From the NCBI GenBank assembly GCA_041640295.1, contig JBEQAR010000004.1, positions 3,128-67,127 on the forward strand: DNA of 64,000 nt, given 5' to 3'. The DNA is from a bacterium (GTDB lineage: Bacteria > Patescibacteriota > Minisyncoccia > UBA6257 > HR35). Of this stretch, positions 11,984 through 22,454 are shown piece after piece. The translations under genes were made by a program, and so were the position numbers. A model generated the notes under the pieces. It did no database searches. It saw only the letters and a list, made by a program, of their open reading frames with translations, and had not been told where the DNA came from. Position 1 is the first letter of the stretch. Each line of letters starts with the position of its first letter.

Positions 11984-13489
11984 ATGGAAATTACTCCTAT
12001 TGGTATTTCACATTTTAGAAGCAGAGAAATAAGATTCGGTATTAAGCGCGAAGACCGGCGCCGACATATGTATATTATTGGTAAAACAGGAAGCGGTAAA
12101 ACAACATTAATGGAAAATCTTGTTTTTTATGATATTAACTCAAACGAAGGATTAGCTTATTTAGACCCTCACGGCGACAGCATCTTAAGAATATTATCTT
12201 ATATTCCTAAAGAAAGAATAGAGCAGGTAATTTACTTTGATCCGTCTGATTTAAATTACCCTATCTCTTTTAATCCTTTAGAAAATGTTTCTTACGAAGC
12301 TCGACACATAATTGCTTCCAGCATTCTGTCAGTGATGAAAAAAATATGGGTTGATGCATGGTCAGCAAGAATGGAATATATTCTTTTAAACACTTTGTTA
12401 GCCTTATTAGAATACCCTAATGCTACATTATTGGATATTAACCGTTTATTAGGTGATGATAGCTTTAGGAGAAAAGTTGTTGATGGTTTAAAAGATCCTA
12501 TAGTAAAAAATTTTTGGGAAAAAGAATTCGCTCGTTACCATATGAATTTCCGCACTGAAGCTATTGCTCCAATCCAGAATAAAGTTGGTCAATTTATTTC
12601 TAGTCCTTTAATTAGAAATATTATTGGTCAAGAAAAAAGTTCATTTGATTTAAGAAAGGTGATGGATGAAAAGAAAATATTTTTAGCTAATTTATCTAAG
12701 GGTAAATTAGGTGAAGAAAATTCAATGCTTTTAGGAGGATTGTTGATTACTAAATTCCAATTAACAGCAATGAGTCGCGTTGATATACCCGAAGAGGAAA
12801 GAAATGATTTTTATCTTTATATTGACGAATTTCAAAATTTTGCTACCGAATCGTTCGTTAATATTCTTTCTGAAGCGAGAAAATATAGATTAAACTTAAT
12901 TTTAGCCCATCAATATTTGGATCAAGTTCCAGAAAGTATTATTAAAGCTGTTTTTGGTAATGTAGGTAATATGATTGTTTTTAGATGTGGAAGTTTAGAT
13001 GCAGAAATTTTAAGTAAAGAATTTGTTGAAATCCAACCCTATGAATTTATTAATTTACCCAAATATCATATTTATGCTAGGTTGGTTGTTGATGGAATTG
13101 TAACTCGTCCTTTTATGGGAATTACTTATCCACCGAGACCTTTACCAGAAATTGATTACACTGATGAAATAATTAAAATTTCCCGATTAAAGTATGCTCA
13201 AAATAGAAAAATAGTAGAAAGTAAAATTTTCGCTAAATATCAGGAAGCAAGAACAGAGAAAATGAAGCTGAGAGAGTGTAGTCAGTGTCATCAGGAATTT
13301 TGGGTAGATGAAAAATCAGATAAGAATATTTGTTATGAATGCGAAGAAAAATCAATTGGGATAAATATTTCCTCCTTAAGTTCTAAAAATTTAAATGTTT
13401 ATTTTAAAAATACAACCAAAATGATTGCTGAAGAAGAAAGTGATGAAAAAATTGTCGATCAATTATTAAAAAGATTGCTTAATGAATAA
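11984..13489 (+). CDS. VirD4/TraD-like (type IV secretion coupling / HerA-FtsK superfamily) ATPase with C-terminal CxxC..CxxC zinc ribbon
   Basis: Walker A GKTGSGKT, LDPHGD, Walker B LYIDEFQNF, SEARKYRL; CSQC...CYEC near C-terminus. Confidence 0.85.
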   Translation: MEITPIGISHFRSREIRFGIKREDRRRHMYIIGKTGSGKTTLMENLVFYDINSNEGLAYLDPHGDSILRILSYIPKERIEQVIYFDPSDLNYPISFNPLENVSYEARHIIASSILSVMKKIWVDAWSARMEYILLNTLLALLEYPNATLLDINRLLGDDSFRRKVVDGLKDPIVKNFWEKEFARYHMNFRTEAIAPIQNKVGQFISSPLIRNIIGQEKSSFDLRKVMDEKKIFLANLSKGKLGEENSMLLGGLLITKFQLTAMSRVDIPEEERNDFYLYIDEFQNFATESFVNILSEARKYRLNLILAHQYLDQVPESIIKAVFGNVGNMIVFRCGSLDAEILSKEFVEIQPYEFINLPKYHIYARLVVDGIVTRPFMGITYPPRPLPEIDYTDEIIKISRLKYAQNRKIVESKIFAKYQEARTEKMKLRECSQCHQEFWVDEKSDKNICYECEEKSIGINISSLSSKNLNVYFKNTTKMIAEEESDEKIVDQLLKRLLNE

Positions 13490-14045
13490 AATAAAAATTA
13501 AAAATTTAACCGAGGGAGATATTATAAAATTAGAGAATGATTTTTGGAAAATTTTAGATTTAAAACATAGTCATTTAGGTAGAGGAGGAGCGAATATTCA
13601 AATTAAACTTAAGAATATAATTAATAATACTACAATTAGTAAAAATTTTAGTCCAGACGAAAATGTTGAATTAGTAGAAATTGAGGAAAAACCAATTAAG
13701 TTTGTTTATCAAAAAGATAATTTTTATTATTTTTTTGATAATCAAAATAAAAAATATCAATTAAGTAAAAATACTTTAGGTAATAAAGCAAACTTTGTAA
13801 AAAAAGATTTAGAAATCAAAGGATTATTTCTTGATGATCATTTGATTAATATTATCTTACCAGTTAAAGCTAAATATTTAGTAACTGAAGCACCACCTGG
13901 ATTAAAGGGTGACTCTCAAAAAAACAATACCAAAACAGTAACTATCGAAACCGGTTATCAATTAAGTGTACCGCTTTTTATTGATGCAGGAGATTATATT
14001 ATTATTAATACCGAAACAGGAGAATATGTTGAGCGAGCAAAATAA
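13482..14045 (+). CDS. efp: Translation elongation factor P
   Basis: HLGRGGA loop, PGLKGDS, ETG..VPLFI..GD.IIINTETGEYVER. Confidence 0.95.
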   Translation: MNKIKIKNLTEGDIIKLENDFWKILDLKHSHLGRGGANIQIKLKNIINNTTISKNFSPDENVELVEIEEKPIKFVYQKDNFYYFFDNQNKKYQLSKNTLGNKANFVKKDLEIKGLFLDDHLINIILPVKAKYLVTEAPPGLKGDSQKNNTKTVTIETGYQLSVPLFIDAGDYIIINTETGEYVERAK

Positions 14046-14060
14046 AATTTAATTTTTAAT

Positions 14061-15035
14061 TTATCTCAAACCAACTTTTGAAAGAATAATTTTTAAATTT
14101 TTATTAGCAATTCTGTTAATTTTAACTGCTGATTGTTGAAATATTTTATTTACTTGTTGATTGGTGATCTTATTTTTCTTTTTTCTAGCTTCTTGAAAAT
14201 AATTCATAAATTCTTCATAAATAGCTAATTTAAATTCATAATAACTTTTGTTTTTAAATAATTCTTCTATTTCCGGATAAGTTTTTTTTGATAAATATTT
14301 ATAAATAGTCATTAAATTGCTAATCCCTGGTTTTTTAATTGGGTCATAAATTATTTCTTTTCCTGAATCAGTAACAGCTGATAAAATTTTTTCTTTAATT
14401 TCTTTTGCTGGAGCAAATATTTCTAAACAGCCTTTAGGTAGTGATTTTGACATTTTCTTTGTTGGATCAGTTAAACTCATAATTTTAGCTGTTTCTTGAT
14501 GGAGATAAATTTCCGGAATTTTTATTTTAAGATTAAATCTTTTATTTAATCGCCGGGCTAATTCTCGAGCAAGTTCCAAATGCTGTCGCTGATCTTCACC
14601 TACTGGTACCAAATCAGCATTATAAATCAAAATATCAGCAGCCATTAAAACAGGATAGAGTAAAATACCAGCACCCACCCCTTCTTTTTTATATCGTTCG
14701 CTTTGTTCTTTGAATTCATGCATTCTTGTTAATTCACCTAAATAACAAATAGTTGAAAGTATCCAAAATAAATAAAGATGAGCTGGTATATCTGATTGTC
14801 TGAAAATAATTGTTTTTTGCGGATTAATACCCAAGGCAATTAAAGATTTAGTTAAATCATAAGTTAACAATCTTAATTGTTTAGGTGAATAAGGTACAGT
14901 TTGGGCATGTAAATCAGCAATCATCAAAAATACTTCATATTTTTCTTGCATAGCCACAAGTTCTTTAATTACTGAAAGATAATTACCTAACTGAATTTCT
15001 CCTGTTGGTTTAATGCCGGTTAATATCCTTTTCAT
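14061..15035 (-). CDS. trpS: Tryptophan--tRNA ligase
   Basis: TGIKPTG..QLGNY (HIGH variant), YPVLMAADIL, VPVGEDQRQH, KMSKS. Confidence 0.97.
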   Translation of the reverse strand: MKRILTGIKPTGEIQLGNYLSVIKELVAMQEKYEVFLMIADLHAQTVPYSPKQLRLLTYDLTKSLIALGINPQKTIIFRQSDIPAHLYLFWILSTICYLGELTRMHEFKEQSERYKKEGVGAGILLYPVLMAADILIYNADLVPVGEDQRQHLELARELARRLNKRFNLKIKIPEIYLHQETAKIMSLTDPTKKMSKSLPKGCLEIFAPAKEIKEKILSAVTDSGKEIIYDPIKKPGISNLMTIYKYLSKKTYPEIEELFKNKSYYEFKLAIYEEFMNYFQEARKKKNKITNQQVNKIFQQSAVKINRIANKNLKIILSKVGLR

Positions 15036-16492
15036 TTTAGGAAATTTTTTATTAATTGATTAAATTTTTCACCGCGATCAAATTCATTTTTAAATTTTTC
15101 AAAAGATGCTGCTGCTGGTGAAAACAAGATAATATTTTTTTTATTTTTCTTAACTAATTGTAATGCCCTTTGGGTACATTCAGATAGATTATTAAAAATT
15201 TGGCTTTCATCTAAATTATATTTTAATTTTTTTAATTCGGCGATAATTTTATTAGAAGCGCTCCCCTGAAGAATAATTAAGTTTTTATTTTTAATTTTTT
15301 GCTTGATAAGAGTGGATAATTCTTGATAATCTAAATTTTTATCAGTACCACCAATAATTAATATTAAGTTAATATTTTTTTTAAAAAATCTATTAATAGC
15401 TTCAAGAGTAGCTTGAGGAGCAGTACTAGCCGAATCATTAATAATAATTAAATTTTTATTTTTGTAAATCAACTCTTGCCTAAAAGAAGGAAATGATAAA
15501 ATTTTGTAGACATCTTTCAGCCTATTTTTATTTAATTTAATTCCTTTGTATTCAGAAAAAATTATTAAAGTTAATAGAGCAATCATTAAATTACTAAGAT
15601 TATGCTTACCTATATTTTTTATTATTTTTTTTATATTCAAATTAATTTTACTTTCCGAATAAGCATTTCTAAATAATAAATAATTATTTTTGATAAACAA
15701 ACCATTAAGCAACGATGGTAATTCTTTAAAAGAAATAAAATAAATTTTACTCTTTGGTTTAAGACTTAAGAAATACTTTATCCACGGGTTATCATAATTA
15801 AGAATTAAAAAATCATCTTTGTTTTGATTGCTAAATATTTTTGCTTTAATTTTTGCATACTCCTCCATATTTTGATAGCGATTTAAATGATCTTCATAGA
15901 TATTAGTAATGATGGCAATTTTGGGCGCTTTAAGGTTTTTTTGGTAAAATTCTAATTGAAAGGAAGAAAGTTCTAAAATAGAAATCGAATTTGGTGTAGT
16001 TTTATCAATAATTTTTAATAAACTTTTATCTGGTTGATTGCCGGCTAAAAAAATTTTTTTTGAAATAAAATTTTTGAATAATTGATAAATTAAATAAGTA
16101 GTTGTTGTTTTGCCCCTGGTGCCAGTTAAAGCAATTAGTTCACCTTGGCTATTTTTAAAAAATAAATAACAATCGTTAATAACTAATTTGCCTCTTTTTA
16201 GTGCATATCGAACAAATTCATTTTTATAACTGATTGCTGGATTAACTACAACTATATTTGACCAATCAAAATCTTCTTTGCGATGTTTGCCTAAGATATA
16301 AACAATTTTTTTATCATAATTATATTTTTGAGCGATCCTGTTTATTTTTTTAATTTCTTGATCTAATTTATCTTTCGTTTTTAAATCAGTGATTCTTAAA
16401 ATCGCTCTATGCTTAATAAAATATTCTACTGAGGCTAAACCACCTCCCAAAATTCCTAAACCAAAAATTAAGACCTTTTTATTTTTAAACAT
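15032..16492 (-). CDS. murD: UDP-N-acetylmuramoyl-L-alanine--D-glutamate ligase
   Basis: GLGILGGG, TGTRGKTTT, ELSSFQL, DHLNRY, NDSAST, SPAAASF. Confidence 0.93.
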   Translation of the reverse strand: MFKNKKVLIFGLGILGGGLASVEYFIKHRAILRITDLKTKDKLDQEIKKINRIAQKYNYDKKIVYILGKHRKEDFDWSNIVVVNPAISYKNEFVRYALKRGKLVINDCYLFFKNSQGELIALTGTRGKTTTTYLIYQLFKNFISKKIFLAGNQPDKSLLKIIDKTTPNSISILELSSFQLEFYQKNLKAPKIAIITNIYEDHLNRYQNMEEYAKIKAKIFSNQNKDDFLILNYDNPWIKYFLSLKPKSKIYFISFKELPSLLNGLFIKNNYLLFRNAYSESKINLNIKKIIKNIGKHNLSNLMIALLTLIIFSEYKGIKLNKNRLKDVYKILSFPSFRQELIYKNKNLIIINDSASTAPQATLEAINRFFKKNINLILIIGGTDKNLDYQELSTLIKQKIKNKNLIILQGSASNKIIAELKKLKYNLDESQIFNNLSECTQRALQLVKKNKKNIILFSPAAASFEKFKNEFDRGEKFNQLIKNFLK

Positions 16493-16523
16493 TTTTTTAA
16501 TTTAAAATTATTATAATCACAAA

Positions 16524-16910
16524 ATGTATAAATTTTTACCACATACCGCTGATATAAAATTTAAAATAATTTCTAAGGATTTTTTTAACTTGGTAAAGGA
16601 ATCGCTTAAAGCAATAAATTTTTATCTAAAGCCCAAAATAATAAAAAATCAAAAGCCTAAAAAAGTTATTTTAAAAAGAGAATTAACCGAAAATATCAAC
16701 TCGTTAATTGATTTTTTAAATGAGATTTTAGCGTTAACTTATACTCAAAAAATGGTCTTTAGCTTGATTAAAATAGATAAAAAAGAAATCCATTTATTAG
16801 GTTATGCTTTTGAAAAGTTAAAAAAAGAAATTAAAGCTTTTACTTATCATCAAGCCCAACTCGGAAAAGAGGAAAATAAAATAACCTTCGAATTTATTGC
16901 CGATATTTAA
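16524..16910 (+). CDS. Archease family protein
   Basis: N-terminal HTAD and C-terminal EIKAFTYH...DI motifs. Confidence 0.85.
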   Translation: MYKFLPHTADIKFKIISKDFFNLVKESLKAINFYLKPKIIKNQKPKKVILKRELTENINSLIDFLNEILALTYTQKMVFSLIKIDKKEIHLLGYAFEKLKKEIKAFTYHQAQLGKEENKITFEFIADI

Positions 16911-16915
16911 AAGAG

Positions 16916-17197
16916 TTATTTTATTGGTTCAACATTAACTACTTTAATCCACCTCTCTTTTTGGTTAAAGCCAAGTTTTCTTTTAGTCTTAAATACTACT
17001 CTGCCAAAAATTTTTGAATGAATAGTATAATCTTTACCTAAAAAAGTATTTTCTCCTGGATAATATTTTGTTCCTCTTTGGCGAACAATTATTTCTCCTG
17101 GCTTAACAATTTGACCACCAAATCTTTTAACTCCTAATCTTTTACTAATTGAATCTCGGGTTGATTTTGCTGCACCTGAAGCTTTTTTCTCAGCCAT
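16916..17197 (-). CDS. rpmA: 50S ribosomal protein L27
   Basis: [25 protein letters not shown]. Confidence 0.97.
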   Translation of the reverse strand: MAEKKASGAAKSTRDSISKRLGVKRFGGQIVKPGEIIVRQRGTKYYPGENTFLGKDYTIHSKIFGRVVFKTKRKLGFNQKERWIKVVNVEPIK

Positions 17198-17230
17198 AAC
17201 AAAAATAATTATAAATTATTTAACATTTAA

Positions 17231-17821
17231 TTACAACCTCAAAAAACTTCTTCGATGATATTGAGAAAGTCCGTATTTTTTAATTTTTTTAAAATGATTA
17301 TATGTTCCATAACCCTTATTTTTTTCAAACTCGTAATTATTTATTTTTTTAGCTAATTTTTCCATATAACTATCTCTTAGAACTTTGGAAATAATAGAAA
17401 TTGCTCCTATAGATATTAGCAAACTATCGCCATTAACTAAAAATTTCACATTTTTTATTTTATTTTTTAAATATTTTATTTCCTTACCGTCAATTAAAAC
17501 AAAATCTGGCTTGAAAAAGCGATAAAGTTCAATAACACCCCGATTAAAACATTGACCAATTCCGTATTTATCGATTTTTTTATTAGAAAATTTCACTATT
17601 TTATAAGATAAATTAAGTTTCTGAATTAATTGGAAAATTATTTTTCTTTTCAAAGGATTTAATTTTTTTGAATCAGTAATTGAAATTTCTTTTAGTTCTT
17701 TAAATTGTTTAAAATTTAAAAGCAATCCACCAACATACAAAGGTCCAGCCAAACTTCCTCGTCCAACTTCATCAATAGCTAATATTTTTTTATACCCACT
17801 TTTAAATAACCTTTCTTCCAT
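17231..17821 (-). CDS. rnhB: Ribonuclease HII
   Basis: IDEVGRGSLAGP, DSKKL, SIISKVLRD, KGYGT..H. Confidence 0.96.
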   Translation of the reverse strand: MEERLFKSGYKKILAIDEVGRGSLAGPLYVGGLLLNFKQFKELKEISITDSKKLNPLKRKIIFQLIQKLNLSYKIVKFSNKKIDKYGIGQCFNRGVIELYRFFKPDFVLIDGKEIKYLKNKIKNVKFLVNGDSLLISIGAISIISKVLRDSYMEKLAKKINNYEFEKNKGYGTYNHFKKIKKYGLSQYHRRSFLRL

Positions 17822-17874
17822 TATTTACATCAAGTTAAATTTGAGTATAATATTTAAATTATAAAACTTCAAAA

Positions 17875-20800
17875 ATGAAATTTACTCATCTCCATGTTCA
17901 TACTAATTATAGTTTATTAGATGGATTAGCTAAAATTGACTTATTGATTAAAAGAGCAAAAGAATTAAATTACGATTCATTAGCAATTACTGATCACGGA
18001 AATCTTTATGGAGCAATTGAATTCTATAAATTATGTAAAAAGAATAATATTAAACCAATTATTGGTGTTGAAGCTTATTTAGCCCCACGAACTATTAATG
18101 ATCGAGTTTACCGAATTGATTCAAAGAGCTACCATTTAATATTATTAGCAAAAAATTATCAAGGTTATAAGAATTTAATTAAACTAATGACTATTGCCCA
18201 CTTAGATGGTTTTTACTATAAACCAAGAATTGACAAGCATCTTTTAGCTCAATACAGCGAAGGATTAATAATTTTATCTGGTTGCTTAAACGGTGAAATA
18301 GTTAGACTTTTATTAAATAATGATTATCAACAAGCAAAAAAAATAGTTTATCAATATTTCGATATAGTTGGCAAAGAAAATTTTTATTTAGAAATACAGA
18401 AACATCCCAACATTCAAGAAAGTTTAAGAGTTTACCCGCTTTTAAAAAAATTAGCTCAAGAGACTTCAGCTCCTTTAGTTGCTACTTATGATGTTCATTA
18501 TATTTATAAAGAAGATAGAGATATTCACGATGTTTTTTTAGCTATTCAAACAGGGAAAGATATTGAGGAAAAGGATAGATTAACTATGAAAGATGATTAT
18601 TTTCATTTAGCTAGTCAGGAAGAAGTTTTCGAGCTATTTCAAGATTTACCAGAAGCAATTGAAAATACACAAAAAATAGTAGCTGAATGTAATTTAGATA
18701 TTGAATTAGGTAAAATTAACCCACCCCTATACCAGCCACCCGATAACAATTCAGCCGATGATTATCTTAAAAAATTGTGTTATGATAAACTAAAAACAAA
18801 AAATTTAAATAAAAAAGATTATCAACAACGATTAGATTATGAGTTAGAAATTATTAAAAAAACAGGATTTTCTTCTTATTTTTTGATTGTACAAGATTTT
18901 GTTAATTGGGCAAAAAATAATGGTATAAAAGTTGGTCCAGGAAGAGGATCAGCTGCTGGAAGTTTAGTTTCTTATCTTTTAGGTATTACAGAAATTGATC
19001 CAATCAAATATGGTCTTATTTTTGAAAGATTTTTAACTCCAGAGAGGGTATCTTTTCCTGATATTGATGTTGATTTTTCTGATATTAAAAGAGATGAAGT
19101 TTTGAATTATCTTATTAATAAATACGGAAAAGATAAAGTAGCTCAAATTTCTACATTTGGTAAAATGGGAGCCCGAGCAGCAGTAAGAGATGCTGGTAGA
19201 GCTTTAGGATTACCTTATGCTTTTTGTGATAAAATTGCTAAATTAATTGGTTCTAATAGTACCATAGAAGAAGCATTAGAATCCGAAGAATTGTTTTCTA
19301 TTTATAGCAAAGATGAGCAAGCTAAAATACTTCTGGAGACTGCTCAAAAATTAGAAGGTACAGTAAGACATATTTCAGTTCATGCCTCAGGAGTAGTAAT
19401 TACCCCATTGCCCTTGGTAGAATATTTGCCCCTTCAATATGCACCTCAAGAAAAAAGAATTATTACTCAATACGATATGTATGCTGTAGAAGATTTAGGT
19501 TTACTGAAATTAGATCTTTTAGGTTTAAGAACTCTTTCTGAAATAGAAACTACAATTAATTTAGTTAAACAAAGAAGAGGAATAGAAGTTAATTTAGACT
19601 ATGAAAATTTAGATGATCCAAGGGTTTATGAAATTTATCGTCAAGGGCGAACATTGGGGGTTTTTCAGGTAGAAAGTAAGGGGATGACTGATTATTTCAA
19701 AAAACTTAATCCTAATAATATTAATGATATCAATGCAATGATTGCTCTTTATCGCCCAGGACCGGTAGAATTAATACCAAGTTATATTAAAAGAAAAAAT
19801 AATCAAGAAAAAGTTACATATTTACATCCCCTACTTAAAGATATATTAGAAGAAACATACGGGATAGCTGTTTACCAGGAACAATTAATGAAAATTGCCC
19901 AAGTTTTGGCAGGTTTTTCTTTAAGCGAAGCTGATGTTTTAAGAAAAGCAATTGGTAAAAAAATTAGTCATCTTTTAGAAGAACAAAAAAATAAAATGAT
20001 TGAAGGGATGATTAAAAATGGGATTGATCAAGAAACCGCGCAAAAAATTTGGAGCTGGTACGAACCATTTGCTCGATACGGTTTTAATAAAAGTCATAGT
20101 ATTTCCTATGCTTTAATTTCTTATCAAACAGCTTATTTAAAAGCCTATTTTACTATCGAATTTTTAAATTCTTTATTTATTCACGAAGGAAATGATATTG
20201 AAAGAATTAAAGAACTTTTTGAAGAGGCTAAAAGATGGAAAATAAAAATCTTACCACCAGATATAAACGAAAGCTTCGAAACCTTTACTATTGTTGACGA
20301 TCATACTATTAGATTTGGTCTTTCTTCGATTAAAAATGTAGGTGAAAGATTAACACAAGAAATAATTCAAGAAAGATTAACCAATGGCCCATATTCAAGT
20401 TTTTCTAATTTTATTAATAGAGCTAAAAAATTTAAAGATCTTAATCGTAAATCATTAGAAAGTTTAATAAAAGTAGGTACCTTTGATAGCTTGATTAGTC
20501 GAGATTTATTGTACTACAACATAGATGAAATTATTGAATTCATTAATAAAACCAAAAATTTTGTTTATAATGGTAATCGTCTTTTCGGTGGAGAACCAGA
20601 AATTATTCTTAAAGAAAAAGCAAAATTATCTCCTTTTGAAAAATTAAAATGGGAAAAAGAATTATTAGGAGTTTATCTTTCTGGTCATCCTTTAAATTTT
20701 GTTAAAACTAATGGGTATAACAAGATTTTCGAAGTTAAAAAATATAAAGAAAATTTAAAAGTAAAAATTTTAGGAGTAATTAATTCAATGAAAAGAGTGA

Positions 20801-20991
20801 TAACCAAAAATAATGAAACTATGATTTATTTAGATATTGAAGATCAAACAGATAATATAGAAATTATTGTTTTTCCTAATGTTTATAAAGAAACTAAAAT
20901 TTTATGGTCAGAAAATAAAATCGTTGCTGTTATTGGCGAATATCGAAACCAAAACCAAATAATAGCTGAAAAAATTATTGAATTAAGATGA
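17875..20991 (+). CDS. dnaE: DNA polymerase III subunit alpha
   Basis: PHP domain HLHVHTNYSLLDG, GPGRGSAAGS, PDIDVDF, YGFNKSHS. Confidence 0.98.
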   Translation: MKFTHLHVHTNYSLLDGLAKIDLLIKRAKELNYDSLAITDHGNLYGAIEFYKLCKKNNIKPIIGVEAYLAPRTINDRVYRIDSKSYHLILLAKNYQGYKNLIKLMTIAHLDGFYYKPRIDKHLLAQYSEGLIILSGCLNGEIVRLLLNNDYQQAKKIVYQYFDIVGKENFYLEIQKHPNIQESLRVYPLLKKLAQETSAPLVATYDVHYIYKEDRDIHDVFLAIQTGKDIEEKDRLTMKDDYFHLASQEEVFELFQDLPEAIENTQKIVAECNLDIELGKINPPLYQPPDNNSADDYLKKLCYDKLKTKNLNKKDYQQRLDYELEIIKKTGFSSYFLIVQDFVNWAKNNGIKVGPGRGSAAGSLVSYLLGITEIDPIKYGLIFERFLTPERVSFPDIDVDFSDIKRDEVLNYLINKYGKDKVAQISTFGKMGARAAVRDAGRALGLPYAFCDKIAKLIGSNSTIEEALESEELFSIYSKDEQAKILLETAQKLEGTVRHISVHASGVVITPLPLVEYLPLQYAPQEKRIITQYDMYAVEDLGLLKLDLLGLRTLSEIETTINLVKQRRGIEVNLDYENLDDPRVYEIYRQGRTLGVFQVESKGMTDYFKKLNPNNINDINAMIALYRPGPVELIPSYIKRKNNQEKVTYLHPLLKDILEETYGIAVYQEQLMKIAQVLAGFSLSEADVLRKAIGKKISHLLEEQKNKMIEGMIKNGIDQETAQKIWSWYEPFARYGFNKSHSISYALISYQTAYLKAYFTIEFLNSLFIHEGNDIERIKELFEEAKRWKIKILPPDINESFETFTIVDDHTIRFGLSSIKNVGERLTQEIIQERLTNGPYSSFSNFINRAKKFKDLNRKSLESLIKVGTFDSLISRDLLYYNIDEIIEFINKTKNFVYNGNRLFGGEPEIILKEKAKLSPFEKLKWEKELLGVYLSGHPLNFVKTNGYNKIFEVKKYKENLKVKILGVINSMKRVITKNNETMIYLDIEDQTDNIEIIVFPNVYKETKILWSENKIVAVIGEYRNQNQIIAEKIIELR

Positions 20992-21548
20992 AAAAACGAC
21001 TATTTTTTGCCTTTCCGATTACTTATGGATTATATCCTAAAATTAGTCAATTAGAAAAAGAGATTAGTAAGAAATTAAAAATCAATTGGTTGCCGATTGA
21101 AAACCTTCATTTAACTTTATTATTTTTAGGTTGGTTAGATGTTAATGATATCGTTAGGATTATTGAAATTTTTGAAAAATCAGTTAAAGAAAACCAAGAT
21201 ATTTTTAGTACTTTAAAAATTAAAATCACTAAAGTTGATTACGGACCGCCAGGTAAAAATCGGATGATCTGGTTGTATTTAGAAAAAAATGCTCAATTAA
21301 TAGAAATGAAAAAGATATTAGAAAACAATCTTTCTCAAAATCAAATAGTTTATCAGAAAGAAGAAAGAGAATTACTGCCCCATATTAATTTAGCTCGGCT
21401 AAAATATAGTTATAACTTACCTGAAATTAAAAAAGAACTTCATTGGGGAATAATTTTGAATAAGCTTAATCTTTTTGAGAGTCAATTAGAAAAACCATTC
21501 GCACGTTATGAAGTTTTATCATCAGTAAGGTTATTTTCTAATACTTGA
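20988..21548 (+). CDS. thpR: RNA 2',3'-cyclic phosphodiesterase (2H phosphoesterase)
   Basis: RLFFA, two HxT-like motifs (HLTLLFLG, PHINLAR). Confidence 0.88.
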   Translation: MKKRLFFAFPITYGLYPKISQLEKEISKKLKINWLPIENLHLTLLFLGWLDVNDIVRIIEIFEKSVKENQDIFSTLKIKITKVDYGPPGKNRMIWLYLEKNAQLIEMKKILENNLSQNQIVYQKEERELLPHINLARLKYSYNLPEIKKELHWGIILNKLNLFESQLEKPFARYEVLSSVRLFSNT

Positions 21549-21871
21549 TTAGATTGATTTTCTTTAATATTTTTTAGATTCATTAAATGTTTTTCTGTCC
21601 ATACCTGTAATTTAAGAGATTCAGTTTTGAAGCGCTGAAGTATTTTAATTAATAAATTGACTATAAAACTTATTATTGATTGATATAGTTTAGTAATTTG
21701 AACATAACTTCTCACCTTTCTTTCGTAGTGATAAAACTTAAGATAGTCTTTAGGTAAAACCTTAATTCTTTTAAGTTTTGTTCTTAAATAACCAATAATG
21801 ATTACTAAAATAAAGATAGCCAATAATGGAGAAAGATAATAAAAATATTCTAAATAAAAATTTTTAATCAT
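21506..21871 (-). CDS. Hypothetical membrane protein
   Basis: N-terminal TM segment; overlaps tsf stop, likely co-transcribed. Confidence 0.6.
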   Translation of the reverse strand: MIKNFYLEYFYYLSPLLAIFILVIIIGYLRTKLKRIKVLPKDYLKFYHYERKVRSYVQITKLYQSIISFIVNLLIKILQRFKTESLKLQVWTEKHLMNLKNIKENQSNQVLENNLTDDKTS

Positions 21872-22454
21872 TAATATCTAATCTGACAAATCTTTTAATT
21901 TCAATTTTCTCTCCAAATTTATTAACTGCTTGATGAATTAAATCTTTTATTTTAAGATCTTCATTTTTAAAATATCTTTGCTCAACTAAACAAATCTCTT
22001 CATACCATTTTTGCATTTTACTCTCAATAATTTTTTTTCTCACATCCTCAGTTTTTTCTTTAAATTCTTTTTCTAATTCTTCAATTTTTGATTGTTTAAT
22101 TTCATCAGGAATTTGATCAGGAGAAATATACAAAGGTCTCATCGTAGCCACCTGAAGAGCAATTTCATGAGCTAATTTTTTGAATTCTTCATTTTTAGCA
22201 ACAAAATCAGTTTCTGACCTTAATTCTACTAAAGCCCCTACACGTCCGTTGAAATGAATATAACCTTCAATAATGCCAAAACCAGTTTTTTTATCTTCCT
22301 TTTTACTAATAAGAGTTTCCCCTTTTTTGATAATATAATCTTTAGCTAAATTTAAATCATATTGACTTTGTTCTAAAGCTTCTTTACATAAATTAATGGG
22401 CGCACCTGTTTCTTCTCTTAATTTTTTTATTTTTTCTATTAAATCTTGGTTCAT
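21864..22454 (-). CDS. tsf: Elongation factor Ts (short form)
   Basis: IKKLREETGA..CKEAL, ELRSETDFVAKN; follows rpsB. Confidence 0.96.
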   Translation of the reverse strand: MNQDLIEKIKKLREETGAPINLCKEALEQSQYDLNLAKDYIIKKGETLISKKEDKKTGFGIIEGYIHFNGRVGALVELRSETDFVAKNEEFKKLAHEIALQVATMRPLYISPDQIPDEIKQSKIEELEKEFKEKTEDVRKKIIESKMQKWYEEICLVEQRYFKNEDLKIKDLIHQAVNKFGEKIEIKRFVRLDIND

